Source of the DNA: Octopus bimaculoides
Lineage: Eukaryota
DNA: 50,157 nt
Assembly: GCF_001194135.2 (NCBI RefSeq)
Contig: NC_068987.1
Coordinates: 72,676,517 to 72,726,673, forward strand
Direction: 5' to 3'
Both the position numbers and the translations under genes were made by a program. Positions 49,435 to 50,157 of the stretch are shown here, one piece after another. Numbering within the stretch: position 1 is the first letter of the stretch; every line of letters starts with the position of its first letter. The notes beneath the pieces are model-generated. The model had not been told where the DNA came from. It did no database searches and saw only the letters and a list, made by a program, of their open reading frames with translations.

Positions 49435-49598
49435 GCTAAGAAACTATACCAAGGGCATTCAGCCAAAAACGGACTATGCCAGAAACCAAGCCAAAACAGA
49501 CTGGAACCTGGTGCGGCCCTTGGCCTTACCGGTTCCTGTCAAGACGTCCGACCCATGCCAACATGGAAAACGGACGTTAAATGATTATGATGATGATG
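49435..49598 (+). mobile_element. RTE/SINE 3' tail
   Basis: AAGGGCATTCAGCC...CCCATGCCAACATGGAAAACGGACGTTAAATGATTATGATGATG. Confidence 0.8.
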
Positions 49599-50076
49599 TA
49601 GTCTAATAAACCATAAGTCAGAAAAAAAAACAGACACTTATATATTGGTCAATAGTCATCAGAAAAGACTTAAAGGAACAGTACGGTATGGGTTCGATGT
49701 CACTAGGGACCTGAAAGTGTCGCCTCCGGTCGGCAGGTCTAACAACTATAAAAAAAAGAAAAAGAAAACAACAAAAAAACCGGATCTTGTTCAAAACGGG
49801 GGCACCAGTTTTCATTTATGTTTTATGTAGTGTTTTTGGTACCGAAAGACTTTCAAACTTCGTATACTTATCTATTTTGTGTTATAGAACAGAAAAAAAT
49901 TTTGTATTCGGATTTATTTCATGTAAAAAAATTGTCTTATTTCGATAATTTCAACCAATCACTGACAAGTATTCAGCTGTTTATACTTACTCCTTTGGCA
50001 CTTTAAGCGGTGTAAAGCGTATTTAATCTCCATTACTTCTGACATTTTGCAGAGGCAACACACGTGTGTTCGTTTT

Positions 50077-50100
50077 CCCTAACCCTAACCCTAACCCTAA
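50077..50100 (+). repeat. (CCCTAA)4 telomere-like repeat
   Basis: Directly visible. Confidence 0.9.
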
Positions 50101-50157
50101 TTGACTTGCTCCTTCCCTCAAAAACCATGCCTTGTGCCTATAATAGAAAGGTTTATT

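Overview
This is eukaryotic, AT-rich, repeat-dense DNA with about 5.4 kb of assembly gaps in ten N-runs, most flanked by (TA)n/(CA)n. The SINE/RTE-tail repertoire suggests a cephalopod (Octopus-like) genome; that is inference. No intact, nameable host gene is visible. Most of the window is decayed transposable elements: three Penelope-like (PLE) fragments (two Naiad-like, one Neptune-like with GIY-YIG), a Ty3/Gypsy 5' half (LTR, tRNA-Trp PBS, gag-PR-RT-RH), an internally deleted LTR element plus a related solo LTR, four RTE RT fragments, one CR1 3' end, DD41D (rosa) and mariner transposons, a pogo/Tigger remnant, piggyBac-, Tc1- and hAT-type MITEs, two tRNA-SINE families and many microsatellites. 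Most notable: (i) a head-to-tail pair of ORF1-only units (RRM-like plus zinc knuckle, no ORF2) with a modular, hairpin-rich 5' leader; (ii) a ~460-bp inverted PLE terminal repeat carrying a type I hammerhead ribozyme in each arm, with further hammerhead motifs elsewhere; (iii) four to six small + strand exon candidates that join in frame into an unidentified host protein. All annotation was done by eye from the sequence and ORF track; no database searches were run.
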